Below, one piece after another: positions 1 to 13,200 of a stretch of DNA of 64,000 nucleotides. Numbering within the stretch: the stretch's first letter is position 1; each line of letters starts with the position of its first letter. Position numbers and translations under genes: made by a program. The stretch lies in assembly GCA_965113315.1 (NCBI GenBank), contig OZ220365.1; one strand, 5' to 3'. This stretch comes from Podarcis vaucheri (taxonomy: Eukaryota). The notes under the pieces are model-generated. The model had not been told where the DNA came from and did not search any database. It saw only the letters and a list, made by a program, of their open reading frames with translations.

Positions 1-8
1 GTGTTAGC

Positions 9-138
9 CCTGGGGTAGTGAACCTGTGGGCCTCCAGATGTTGTTTGATTCCAATTTCAGCCCCCATGGCCAGTGGTACCAGGGTGATAGGAATTGTTGT
101 CCAACCACATCTAGGTGGCTATGGGTTCTCCATCCCTG
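9..138. mobile_element. Degenerate palindromic ~130-bp hAT-like MITE
   Basis: gaacctgtgggcctccagatgttg...cacatctaggtggctatgggttctccatccctg; same family as 49201-49336. Confidence 0.6.
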
Positions 139-239
139 ATTTACCTGGACTATTGGCATAACTTTGCCAAAGGCAGTTGCTTATATTCTAAGATGGTTGT
201 GAACTTATAAACTACCCTTTATCTACTTGTTTCTTTCAG

Positions 240-448
240 ATACTATTGTGGATAAGTATAACCACTTATCCAAAGCAGTGAATGACCGGAATGAGAAACT
301 TCAGATCACTCTGACACGTTCATTAAGCGTCCAGGATGGATTGGATGAAATGCTTGACTGGATGAATGGTGTTGAGAAGAGTCTTGAGGAGCAAGGTCAA
401 GTGCCTTTGAATTCTTCTGTAATTCAGGATGTCATTAGTAAAAGTATG
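240..448 (+). CDS. DST: DST rod exon 1 of window (DTIVDKY...ISKSM), phase 1-0
   Basis: ttctttcag acceptor, ATG|gtgagt donor, DST-like peptide. Confidence 0.92.
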
Positions 449-3400
449 GTGAGTTAGTTTTTAGCAGAGCAAATTTTCCTCCTAATGCCAGGAACTTAAA
501 GCGCAAAGTGGGGGCGGGGGAAATCAAGATACTGAAAATAAGTTTTCATTAATTCAGATATCTGAAGAAAATTCAGTCTTAAAACAGTGTTTCATTGTGG
601 CAGACTTCCACAAATCCAAATATACTACCAGGGTCGGCACAGGGGGCTGCACAAAACCATTGGTTGTCACTTCTGCAGCTATTGAGTAATGACTATCTTT
701 TCTAAGAGTAGCAATAAACAAATCTGTCTCTTTTATTTCTTATTTTTCCAATCTTAAGTTCTGTTTGCCACATTTCTGCATCAGTTCAATTTTTTTTAAA
801 GAAATCATCACAACAATTCATTAGCATTTTGTATGCCTTTCTCCTAAATGTACACATAGATGTTTTGCCCGATATACACATTTTTGCAAGCAATTTTTGC
901 CTGTTATGCAGTTTTGTGTGCTACATTCATTAAATTTTTATAAATATTTCATGCTAATATACACAGTTGTGTATAGATTTTTTTGGTTTGAGAACTGCAT
1001 TGGTAAATTTGGAGACGTGCAAAGGATAGCTGTGCTTTTGCTTCACATATTCTTTCATGCTCACCTTTAAATGCAATTCAAATTTCTGCCGCATCTTTAT
1101 CTTTGGGGTTCTTCCTCATTGCCACTTCTTGTTTGTGGATTCCATTGCTTTAGAAACTGACTACAGGAATTGCAGTTATTTACATCAGCTTGCAATCACT
1201 TCATTCACATAGAGATTCACCCATGAGTATGGCTGTCTTCTCAGACTTATCTATTTATCCCAGGCTCTAGAACAAGACATTGTGGGTCGGCAAAGTAGCC
1301 TAAATGCCATGAAAGAAAAGTTGAACAAATTCATGGAAACAACAGACCCATCCACTGCATCCTCTTTACAAGCTAAAATGAACGAACTTTCTCAGCGGTT
1401 TTGTGAAGCAAATAATAAACACAGGAAAAAACTTGAAAAGTTGGAGGGATTGAAGACCAAAGTGGAGCTGTTTGAGTGCCTCACTGATAAACTCCAGTCA
1501 TTCTTGGACAAGAAAACTCAGGCTCTTGGTGAGGCTGACATCCCAGGAAAAGACGTTACTGAGATGTCCTTATATGTGCAGGTACTGTAGATTTTTACTT
1601 TTGTGAGCCCTACATTGCCCCTTACTGAGCAGTACAATGGCTGGCGTAACTATGCCACCCACAATTATAAGAGAACCTGCTGAGTCCAAGGAATAAATTT
1701 TGAACACCATGCAGTGTGTTCAGGTGTGAAGCAATTACTTTCTTGTCCATTTTAAAGGAAACCAACACTGAACTGATGGAGCAGAAAAAAGATCTTGAAA
1801 ATTTGCAACACCTCATTGAAGAACTCTCTCCTCATGCTCTTCCTGGAGACAGGTCATTAGTGTTAGAAAAAGTAAATGCCTTGTCAAAGAAATTCAAGGA
1901 AATGGAAGAGACTATACGAGAAAAGTGAGTATAATCATCAAATTTTAGAATAGTGTGTGCTGCTGGTGGTGGTGGTGATGAAAATAATCAGGGTTGTCAA
2001 TGAGTAAATAATTTCTGCTGATTATCTGTCTTGTGACTGATTTATTTTTACTTAATTACAATAATTTCCATGTACATATTTCAAACACTTAATTATAGGT
2101 GCCTTTTTGAGGTAACTTAGAATTTGATAAATAAAATATCTCACTCAGTACTAGAAGTTAATCTTTCATATTCCCCCCATAGTGCACAGCAGAATCAAAA
2201 TAGGCTCAGCAAAGAAATGCATGCCTTGAACTTGTAATCTTGCCAATTCATCAGTCATTCAATCAACCAACTCAAGGGTTACCAATTACATATATTAAAT
2301 GCTGCAACTGTAAAAATGAGAGTTCCAAATAATCTGATGCATAGACCTATAAGATGGTTGTGGTGTGTTTTGCAGTTTCATAAAGTGAAGGAGAAGTTAC
2401 TGGCTTGTAACAATATTGCAGAATTAAGAAACACTCGTCATGCTAAGCCAAACCATAGCTTTGCATAGATGCACAAGTGTATGGGTTCTCTTCTCTAGGA
2501 GTCCGCACAATATGATAAGCAAATATGTGGCTCAGCATGGTGCAAGCAGCAAAAGAACTAGAAATGCTGAGCTGAGCCATAGTTTGGTGCGGCATGTTTT
2601 CTGGAGAAAACTAAATCATGAGTCCAATTCTAGATGATATGATAAGCAAATATGTGGCTTAGCTCAGCATGGCACAGGGAGGAGTGAAGTGGCTGGGATT
2701 TCATCTCCAGGAACTTGTGTGCACCAGCCAGACAACAGTAAAAATACAGTAATAATATATAAGGAAATGCCACTAGTTGGGCTGAGATCTAAAGGGCCGG
2801 GTGTGATGGTTTGCATGTACATTGTGACAATTAGTCCATCAAGACTCTCACTTTGGAGCAGCATTTGAAATGTGAGATGTGGTATGAGGGGCTGTAGTCT
2901 GAAAGGAACACTTGCAACCCTTCTGTGCATAGATAGGAGTTCTTTCAGTCCCGGCTATACATACTGGTTGTTAATACAGCCCATATTATAGTTTTATCTA
3001 GAAGAAGGATTTGCCTACATTACCCCGAGAACAAGGAGACTATCTCTCCCATATCCCTTCCTTGTTTTCAATTGTGCAGAGAAGAGGATGTGTCCTCTTG
3101 CCAAAAGCAGATGGATGAGTTCAATCTTCATGTAGAATCTTTGAAGAAATGGGTAGATGAGATGACGGAAAGAATTCCAGCTATCCAGCCCTCGTTGAAC
3201 GTGGAAAATTTAAACAAACATTTGCAGAACACAAAGGTGAGAGACTTCATTTCTAACAATAATTTCATTAATTGGATTTGTATGTCAGTTGATTTGTCAA
3301 CTGATTGTGTCCATTTGGTCTCAAAGAATTAAGGAGGAACGCTGTAGATCTTTTGAATGATATATTTTGTTGGTATTCAACTGGGTTTTACTCAGTGTAG

Positions 3401-4219
3401 ATCCATGGAAATTAATGACTAAGTTAGGTCCGTTATTTCAATGGGTGTACACTTAGTAAGACTTAGTTGACTACTGACCATAATGACACAGCTCCAAGGG
3501 ACAGACGATGCACTTGCAAGAACTTACCAACTCATTTCAAAGCAAAAGACACCTCTGTGTGTGCAGAAGGATGTATGTGTGCAGCTGCATGCATTAGTGA
3601 ATAGGGAAATTTTTGCAAGTGCGGAGAACTTGGCTTGCAACTATTTGCTAGACTGAGACAGACACCTTTTGTCCCATTTTTTAGCTATGTTTCAGCACAA
3701 ACTATTGCTGTGTATGATTCATTTTTATAATAAGAAACTGGGCATGGTTCAAATACGAGTAAAGTACTTGCAGTATTTTGGTACCAGTACAGCTTCCCAG
3801 CCCTATTTCGTTTGAGAGTTCTGCTATCTCACTTTTAAAAAAATGTTCACTCCAGGTTTTGGGTCATAAATGAGAAATGGCAGGGCACAGTTTGATGACA
3901 GAGCAAGTGGGATGTGTGACATGATGAGATAATTTCTGGCTATGTCCAGCCCATCTAGAGTGGAATGTTTTTTGTCACGCTTACAAATATAGTCAGTAGT
4001 TGAAAATAACATCTTGTTCATTTCTTAGCATTTGGAGGAGGAATGGAGTTCGAAGGCACCTGACATTCAGAAAATGATTAGCAAAGGAACAGCATTATGC
4101 AACCTAATTAGTGCTGTGACTTCCCCTGCAAGATCAAGGGGAGTAAAATCAGGTATGTTCAATGGACATTTCTACATATTTAAAAGTGCATGTGAATGAA
4201 ATTAAATAGCTAACACAGA

Positions 4220-4251
<32 letters not shown>

Positions 4252-7200
4252 GTCTTTATTAGCTCCCTAGATCAATAGTTGGGGAAAGTTTATGCCAGAT
4301 TCCTTGATAGACATGAATTTTAAGGTACATTAGGTCACAGGTGGTATAAGAAAAGCCTGAGCCATTGGTGCACAACTTGAACCCATGACCCTGAGATTCA
4401 GAGTTTCATGCTCTACCGACTGAGCTATTTCACTTTAGAAAAATACTTCTCTCTGTCACTCAGTAGCATTTTTCTGTCTTCTTCACACAAGGGCCCTATT
4501 ACTTGATTGTTCTTGCTTCTTGCTTCGAACATAGCTGAATAAGCTTTTAAAGTTATTTTTAACCTCTCTTGCAAACCTCACTTCATTCTGAGCTTTGGCC
4601 TGCCTGACCTTCTCCTTGCAACTGTTGGATACTTGTATCTACCCTTCCTTTGTGATCTCTCCTCTCTTCCATTTATAATACATTCCCTTCTTACATCTTA
4701 GCTAATCCGTCAGCTCCTTATGCAGCCACACCAGTTTCTTTAGCTACCTCCTGCTTTTCTTTCTTGTTGGAATTGTTGGCATTTGGGCCTTTAATATTTC
4801 ACCTATAATAAACTCCCATCTATCTGGGGCTCACTTAGCTTCTGAGTATTTCTGACCATGGGATTTCTCCCAGTAGCTCCTTAAACTTTTTGAATTTGAG
4901 CTTCTTAAAGTCCAGAGTGCATCTCTTGACTACACTCAGCTTTCCCTTCTCCTCTGTATCATGAAACCAGGAGGGCATGATCACTTCCTCTCAAGTTTCT
5001 GAGTATTTCCACCTTGTCGATCAGTTCCTCCCTGTTGGTGAGGACCAGGTCCAATATATATGACCCCCTTGTTGCTTCTTCTACCTTTTGGGAAATGAAA
5101 TTACCAGAGAGCCAATTGTGGGATTTGTTGGACCTTAAATTCTTGGCAGAGTTTGAGTTCCAACAGATATTGGGGTAGTTGAAGTCTCCCATGACTACTA
5201 TATCTTTCCTTTTTGAATGTTTGGTAATCTGCTCTAGGAAGGCATCATCCAAGTCTTCAGTCCAAGGTCACTGTAGTTCCTTCTCCTACCATTTTTACCC
5301 ATATAATCTCATGGATCTCTTCACAAGTGTACACATCTTTTACATGTAATGCTATTTCTCCCCCCTTCCTGTTTGATCTATTGAATGGGTCATACCCTCA
5401 ATTCCTTCATTCCGCTCTCATTCTAGTCTCATCCCACCAGGTTCCAGTAATGCCTATTAGATAATATTTGCCATCCTGTATTCAGAGCTCAAGTTTTTCT
5501 TGCTTGTTTCCGTACTCTGTGCATTTGTATAGAGACATCTGAAACCATGAGCCATTTTTTGGCACACTGCTGCCTCTGTCCTCTGTAGAGAGTCACCTGC
5601 TACCACCACACACCTCCCTCTTCTTTGGGGAGGAGCATGAATTGTTTTGTACGCTGTAACTTCTACTACCACCTCAGTGTGTGTAAGAAGTGTAGCTTAT
5701 CCTCCTAAATCAGAGCAATTTCCATTTTTTAGTATGGACTAATGAATCCAGCAGTAAAGGGCAAGTAACTTCAGAGCAAGTACTGCTCTAATTTAGAAAA
5801 TTTATATGCTTGTTCAAAGAAATAAAAAAGCAAATCATGTGTCTGGAGAGCCTTGCTACAACAGAAAAGTTTTCAGTAGGTATATACTGTGAAGGAACCT
5901 GCTTAATGCCAGCAGACAGGGAGTTTCAGAAGACAAGTGCTGCTGTGCAAAAGGAATGACTTCTCTCAAATGTCAAATGAACATTGTGTGGCACTTGTAA
6001 ATGTGAAGTAAGCAAATAGGCACATTTAAGGTAGGACAATTCTTTAAGTATACTGGTCCCAAGTTGTTAAGCCGCAGACAATAATTTTTAGTATTCGTAC
6101 CAACAGAACTTTGTGTACTTGAAATAATGTTATTTTAAAAGGGTGAAATATCTGTTCAGAATTTGCTTACTAAATGTGTTAATCATTTCTTTATTGGTTT
6201 CATTATGAGTGAGTGCAAGTACCCTGAGTTTTGTGCCAATGATAAATGTTTCCCTCATGGGAAATATAGAAAAGTCTCAGTATCTTAGTATGTGAACATC
6301 TCACTTACTTGGCTGACTTACTTGCTCTCACCATTTCCCAGCTGCCATTAGGCTAGCACTCATTTTCCAGCTGGTGGTGAGGGGTGAATGCTTGGCCTTC
6401 TCCAAGGCAACCATTAATTCTACTCCATTAAATAATCATCTTCAGGCTCTCTACTTACATAGACATACAGTAGATTCTACTTAGCGCTCTTATTCCCTTC
6501 ATAAATAATGGGTACTCATGAAATTTCCTGTGGAACAGCTAAAAGGGGGGCAGGGTTTCTGAAGTTAATTTCACAGTGTGGAAAATCTGTAAACACAAAA
6601 CAAAGTTTTACACCAAAATTTAACTTTGGGAACCCTCTCATTCTGCATTTTGTCTGTTCTAAATCAGTGTACTGCAAATGTTTTGGGGTCTTTGTTCCAC
6701 AATGCATGGAATCACAGAACTGCAACTACATGGAATATTTTGAGCTGCTGACTTAAGGCATGTTTCATTCAAGATTTTAGACATAGGTACTGATAACAGC
6801 TCAGAACAAGTTCTGTGTATACCAATTCAGTTATGCTGGGCACAAATGTGCATTATATTTTGCTTTAAAATGTTTAGAAGGGGCAATCTCAATCAGAGAG
6901 TGATTGGGCTCCAAATTCCAAGCTGCAAATAATGGATACATGTGCCTTTCATAGTTAGTCTGTAGCAGTGTTATTTTATGCTTAGGGCAGCTTCTCACAG
7001 AAAGCTTTGTACACAAGTATTTCTGCCAAAGTTATAATGTCATGATGATATTAGCATGTATCTTTATGTTGACAGTTATGACAGCACTTGGGCTGAGCTG
7101 ATTTGGGACTGATTTTGTAAAAATATCCTAAAAATTTGGTTGTTATGAAGATCCCACTTACAACTAGTCTACTCTTAAACCACTAAGACCAGTGTGACAC

Positions 7201-10200
7201 ACATAATAGTCTTAGACCTTGGTTTTACATTATTGTTGAAAATCTCTCTCTCTCTCAATATGCAGTATACAAATATTTTTATAAATAAGAATAAAAGAAA
7301 GAATTGGCTTCAACACACTGCTCATCCATTGACTCACTGGGTGCTTTAGGCAAGTCATGCTATGACTGCATTCACATGCCACACTAAACCATAATTTACC
7401 ATAACATAAATGAGCCTAGGTGAGCCTTGTTCTCACATGCTCCCCTTTCCCCACAATTTATTGTATTGTCTGGACCGAAACATTTGGTTAGCATTAACTA
7501 TGGGTGATGGTATCTGAACATTACCCCCCCCCCCCATGGAGCAAATAGCAGCTTCGATGGGGGTGATTTTCATGGGGAAAATGGCACTGGGAAAAGGGTT
7601 AAACCATTACTTCGTAGCACCATGATTCCAGTCAGACACACACATCTCCAAGGCTGTTCTTCTAAAATGCAGTGGGAGAGCTGTTCACCTGCCTATGCCA
7701 CATCTAGTTTGGCCCTTAAATTGGTTTGAAAAGGGATCAAATACTTCCATAGTGTCTGAACAATGAGGGAACATTGCATTATGATAATTGTTCCATCAGG
7801 GCAAGCTTGCCAGATGGAATGATCCCTCCTCTCCCCTGCTTGCTGTTCCAGGGGTACTCTTGACCTGCCCTGAGCTAGTTGGGGAACATGTGTAGGGGAG
7901 ACTCCATAGTACAAGTGGAAGTCCTTGCTCAGGGCTTCTGCTGACTGAATTCATTAGTTGAATCTTGCTCTAAATCTCTAATCTCTCTTTCAGCTGTAAG
8001 CGGAACAGTATTAAATGGTGAAGGAGCAGCTACAGGTACCCAGGGATTCCTAACAAACAAAGGTGACTAATAATGGCTCACTTAAATACATAAATCTTAT
8101 AAGCAAGCATAAGATGTTTATAATTTGTCCCATTTTAATAGAATTTTATAAATAACAGTCAAGACCCCCTATTCAGCTGGGGTCTTCTACACTTTGACAT
8201 ATATATGTATATGTCTATGTATATGCATGCATCCGGTTAATTCAACTTCTGTCTGGTTTCAGTGGGTGAACCAATGATTGTGGTTAATTGAGAGCCAAGA
8301 CAAGATAAGGAGTTATTTCCTGGCTTTTTAATCCATTAAGAAGTAATCATGAGTAGCAACAGTAGCAAGGTTGTTATCTCTAGCAGGTGGAGTTCATTGT
8401 TTTTAAGAAGTGACTTGACTATCAAGTGACCCAAGATAACATATGAATATAAGAAGCTGCTTATGCTGGAGAGCCAAAGTAGATGTGACATTGGAGATAT
8501 GTGGAGTCTCTCACACCATTCATTTGAACTTTACTTCAGCAACTGGGGCGGGGGGGGTGATGTTCATTGAAAAAGGACAGATTCCCCCTTTCCCACTAAC
8601 TATTCCAGTCCAGTTTGGAGTTCCACAGCTGCCCTCAAGGGGAAAATATAATCAGAAGACACTCCATGTATCTCCCATTTTGCCTCTACTTTGGCCTTGA
8701 GTGAGAACATTGGAACCATCCAAATAGGGGTGGAATTCAGAAAGGCCCCAAACGGACTAACCTCTTATATTATTGTGTTTGGCCTGCCTAGCTGTTATCA
8801 TCCTGAGCCTCATTCTTGAATATTTTGCATGTGTTAACAGAAAACAACGGAAGTATATATTTAAAATTAACAGGCATGGTTTTTAAGGTGTGTTTTAATA
8901 AAAATTAACATGCACACATCGTACTAGAACAGGCTCTGGAACACTTCGGTTTTCCTAAGAAATCAGATGTTGAAATTAGGGTGGTGATAACTAGCTGTGT
9001 TCCAAAACCCTTAAATTAGAAACCAAAAAAATGCTTGTCTTCATGCAGGATTTTCTTTCAGAAGTCCTTATACAATACAGTATTTCTGTACAAAAATAAT
9101 AATAAATCCACTGTCATCAGCCTGGTGACTGGTTCATTCTTTCTTAATCTACTAATATTGGGGTATCAACTTTGTAGGAAAGAAATGACTGTAACCAATT
9201 ATTCTAGTTATTATTTCTTGGAAGGATTAAAAACTTTTAATGTATAATATTTGCATCTTTTCTTGCTGTCATGACTAGAATCAAAATAATAATGTATGTC
9301 CACCTCTCTTGCAGAAGTGACCACTGTCCAACACAACATGTCAACTGTAAGCCATAGTTATGATGATTTGGGAGCTGTACTGAAGGAAAAAAGATCAGAA
9401 CTGGAATCCACTCTTTCAAATATGCAAAACATTCAAAGAGAATCAAATTCAATGATGGAATGGTTACAGAATATGGACACTGCTGCAACCAAATGGGAAG
9501 CAACTCTTATTGACAGCGAGGCTGTTAAAGAGCAAGTCGATCAACACAAGGTAGTTTCTGTCTCCCCCTCTGTTCAAAACTATCAATTAAGCATAATTAA
9601 TTTTTAAAGTGAGCTTCCTGTTCATATTAATGGGCAGGGTCTGTTTAATAATTTATGTAACAGTACAACCATATATTAGCACTTTGTACTGACGCCTTAT
9701 GGAAATACCATAAAAAATGTTTTATCAGGCATAGATTCAGAAATCAGATTGCATACCTGTGATAAAATGTATCAGAGCTGCCTAAACAGATTAAGAGATC
9801 ATCTCAGTGAATCACCACTTCTGCCAAGCACTTTGGTTTTTATGTATTCTCAAGCCTAACATGTTCATTCTTCATAGCTATTTGAAACAGAATTGAAACA
9901 GAATGAGAATAAAGTGCAAGAACTGAAGGATAGAGTGACAGAGCTATTGGAGAAGAACCCAGACTCTCCTGAGGCACCGAAATGGAAACAGATGTTGGAT
10001 AAAATAGGTATGGCAGGTTTTATTTTGCAGTGTAGGAGAGGGTCAATGATCTAACATTTGGCAAAACAAACCATAGATTGAATGTCTGTGAGCTTTGGAG
10101 AGAAGGATTGCACCTCATCCACATGACATACTAGAAAACTCTTCTGGACATGCTTTTGTTCATACATGTCAGGATAAAACAGCTCATGGGAACTATCATC

Positions 10201-13200
10201 CATGGCTTAACGTTGCATCCAACCCGGGATTTTGGTTTGCTTAACTCAAACAAACCACAATTCGGAAGTCAAGCATAAACCTTGGCTTTTCATTGTGGTT
10301 TGTTTGGACTGAAACAAACGCACCATCCCTGGTTTTTATATAATATTAAGCCAGGGCTTGTGGTTTGTTCCTCCCACTTGCGAAATTGGAATCCCCAGCT
10401 TGGCATTTGAAAAAAAGCTCTGCTGTTTGTTTGCCAAAGCTTGTTCTCGGTTTCTTGATTGTGGCCTGTGTGAGCAAACCAAACCAAGACCCCCAGGTTG
10501 GGTGTAAAGCTAAGCCCAGGGATCATGGTTTGTTCCTCCCCCTTGTTCTAGTAGAGAAGTACAGCGGGAACCATCTGCATGTCCACAGCAAACCACTGCC
10601 ATTGTTTATTTGTTTGACTATTTCATGTGAAATTACTACGATTATCATGCAATTTTACAAAATATTCCATTCATTTTTTCACAGATTCCAAATGGAGGGA
10701 ACTCAGCCAGGTAACAGCTGACAGACAGAAAAAACTGGAAGAGTCATCAAATTACCTGACCCAGTTCCAGGCAACCGAGGCTCAGTTAAAACAGTGGCTG
10801 GTAGAAAAAGAATTAATGGTCAGCGTGCTTGGACCACTGTCAATTGACCCAAATATGTTGAACACGCAGAAGCAGCAAGTTCAGGTGAGCATTTGGTCCC
10901 ATTGCATATTATTTGTAGAAAGATGCTTGTGCTTCCTGTATTGAAAACGCTGCTATTGTGGCCCCATCACCAATGTGGTTTATCCTTTTTTTGGCGAAGT
11001 GTAGTTCTGAAAACAAATATGAAGGCACCAAACAACAATCAATTTTCTAAAAAAAAATATGGAACTAATAATGTTAATAATGACAAAAAAGGGCTTCTAT
11101 GTGGCGAGAGAAGTGCAGCTGGAGGTTAAAGTTTTGAGCAGGGGAAAATGAATGGCAGCGCCTTTCTTCCATGACCCTGTGCATATATAAACAAGTATCA
11201 ATCACATGTGAATTACAAAATATTCCACACTCACGACTAGTATAGATATTGGAAAGGAAATATGGGGTCTCACTGTCATCTTTCCCTCCTAATGGTGTTG
11301 CATGGTATGTGATGACACTTGGAAGTGCAGTAGGAGGTGCTTAATCTTTTGCTCACTCACTGATTCTTCCTTCCAAATACTCCCACGTAAGTGTATAATT
11401 TCCCCCTTCAGCACACACACTGGCTTCCAAAATCAGGAGTGAGCTTTGACTGGGGGGAAAAACAACCTGGATTTGTTTGCTTTTTGCAGGGGAGAATGAG
11501 GACATGTGGGAGAGTTTGAGCACCCCTACCCACCATTCCTCCCCACCAAGTACCCACCCCTTCCCACTTCCCGTTATTTTGACAGACATGGAACTGGAAG
11601 CATTCATTTGATGGTTTTCTGCTCTTAGAACTGTCTTCTAAGCAGTTTTCTTCTGCTTTTAGAAGTCAAGCAGGAAAGCTAATGACTAGACATAGTAAAC
11701 CCTTGGAGCAGTGGGCTGTAGGGGCTTGTTTGGCCCTCAACATTCATGGTTCCATAAATTGCAGTGAAACAAACATGCACTTTAATTGAGAAGTATTGTT
11801 TGAGGTGATGTCCGATGAGATAAAAACCACAGTATTTGATCTGTGGTGACTGCTTCATCCACACGTGGCAATGCTCAGGTTGATTCATTTAGCACGTGTC
11901 TCAAAGCGGGAGACTAGGTCATGCAAATCAGGTGTTTTCCAAGGTTCCTCTTTATCCTTAGTGATAGTATATGCATGGTGGAGTTGACGCAGGGTGCACC
12001 TGCTCTTCCACATCATGGGTTGCAATACTGGATCAGCAGGTTGTCTGAACCAGACGTAAGGGATAAAGATGAATATATTAACCTACCTTAAAGCGATACT
12101 GGCAGAATGCCTTTTATTTTTTCGACCAAGAGCTATTTCATGTACTCATCAGCCTAGGATGCTACACTAGGTAACTGGCTAGTCCAGTTTGTGTTATCTG
12201 TGTTTCCTTACACTTCCCTGAAATTACTTTCTCTCATCAGATTCTGCTCAATGAGTTTGACACTCGAAAACCCCAATATGAGCAGCTGAATACAGCAGGA
12301 CAAGCGATAATGAAGAGACCAGGTGAACACCCACCTTCTCACGAAATGGTGAAGCAGCAACTGGCCGCTGTGGCGCAGAAATGGGATGGCTTAACCGGAC
12401 AGCTGAGTGACCGATGCAACCGAATCAACCAAGCCATTGTCAAAAGCACAGAATATCAAAGCTGCCTGAAAAGCCTTTCTGAGAAGCTTAGTGTCTTGGA
12501 TGATAAACTCAACAGCAGCCTGGCTATAAGTACAGACCCTGATTCTGTGAAGCGGCAGCTGGAAGTGGCCAGAGAAGTGAAAGAAGAAATTGAACGGGAA
12601 ATGCCAAAGAGAAAGGCTGCTCAAGTTCTGTGCGAGGAATTGTCCGCACTGGTGGCAGAAGATTACTTGAAAGCTGAACTAGCTAGGCAATTGGATGGCA
12701 TCTTAAAACCCTTTCATGATATGGAACAAAAAGCAGGTTCGTTAACATCATCATCATCATTTTTTATTTGTATGCCACCTTTCCACAGTTAAAAAACCAA
12801 TGCTCAAGGCGGCTTACAGCATGACAAGATTTACATAATTACAAAAGTCATAAACAATAAATAAACCACATCAAATGAGATGAGATGATATTGAGGGCCT
12901 GGATTCTATGAATGGGTGGGTGAGAATAGCTGCATATTTATAGACTATGCCAGTTATTTGAATTTTTTAAGATATCAAATGCCATGTGATTGACAGTAGA
13001 TTGTATATGTGTTTACCAGTGAGTGATTCACACATTGTAAATTAATGCTTCTGTGTGAAATTTATGTAGGGAAAATACATATATTTCTCCAACCTTTGTG
13101 TATTTTTCTTGACCGTGCCACAGTTTCAGACAGGCTTAGGGTTCATCCACACTTCTATATGCCCTGCTGCTTTCCCCTGGAGAAATTGGCGGTTTAGTGC

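Noticed and set aside
4361-4428. Functional tRNA gene
   Set aside because: Acceptor stem and T-arm pairing are destroyed; treated as a relic
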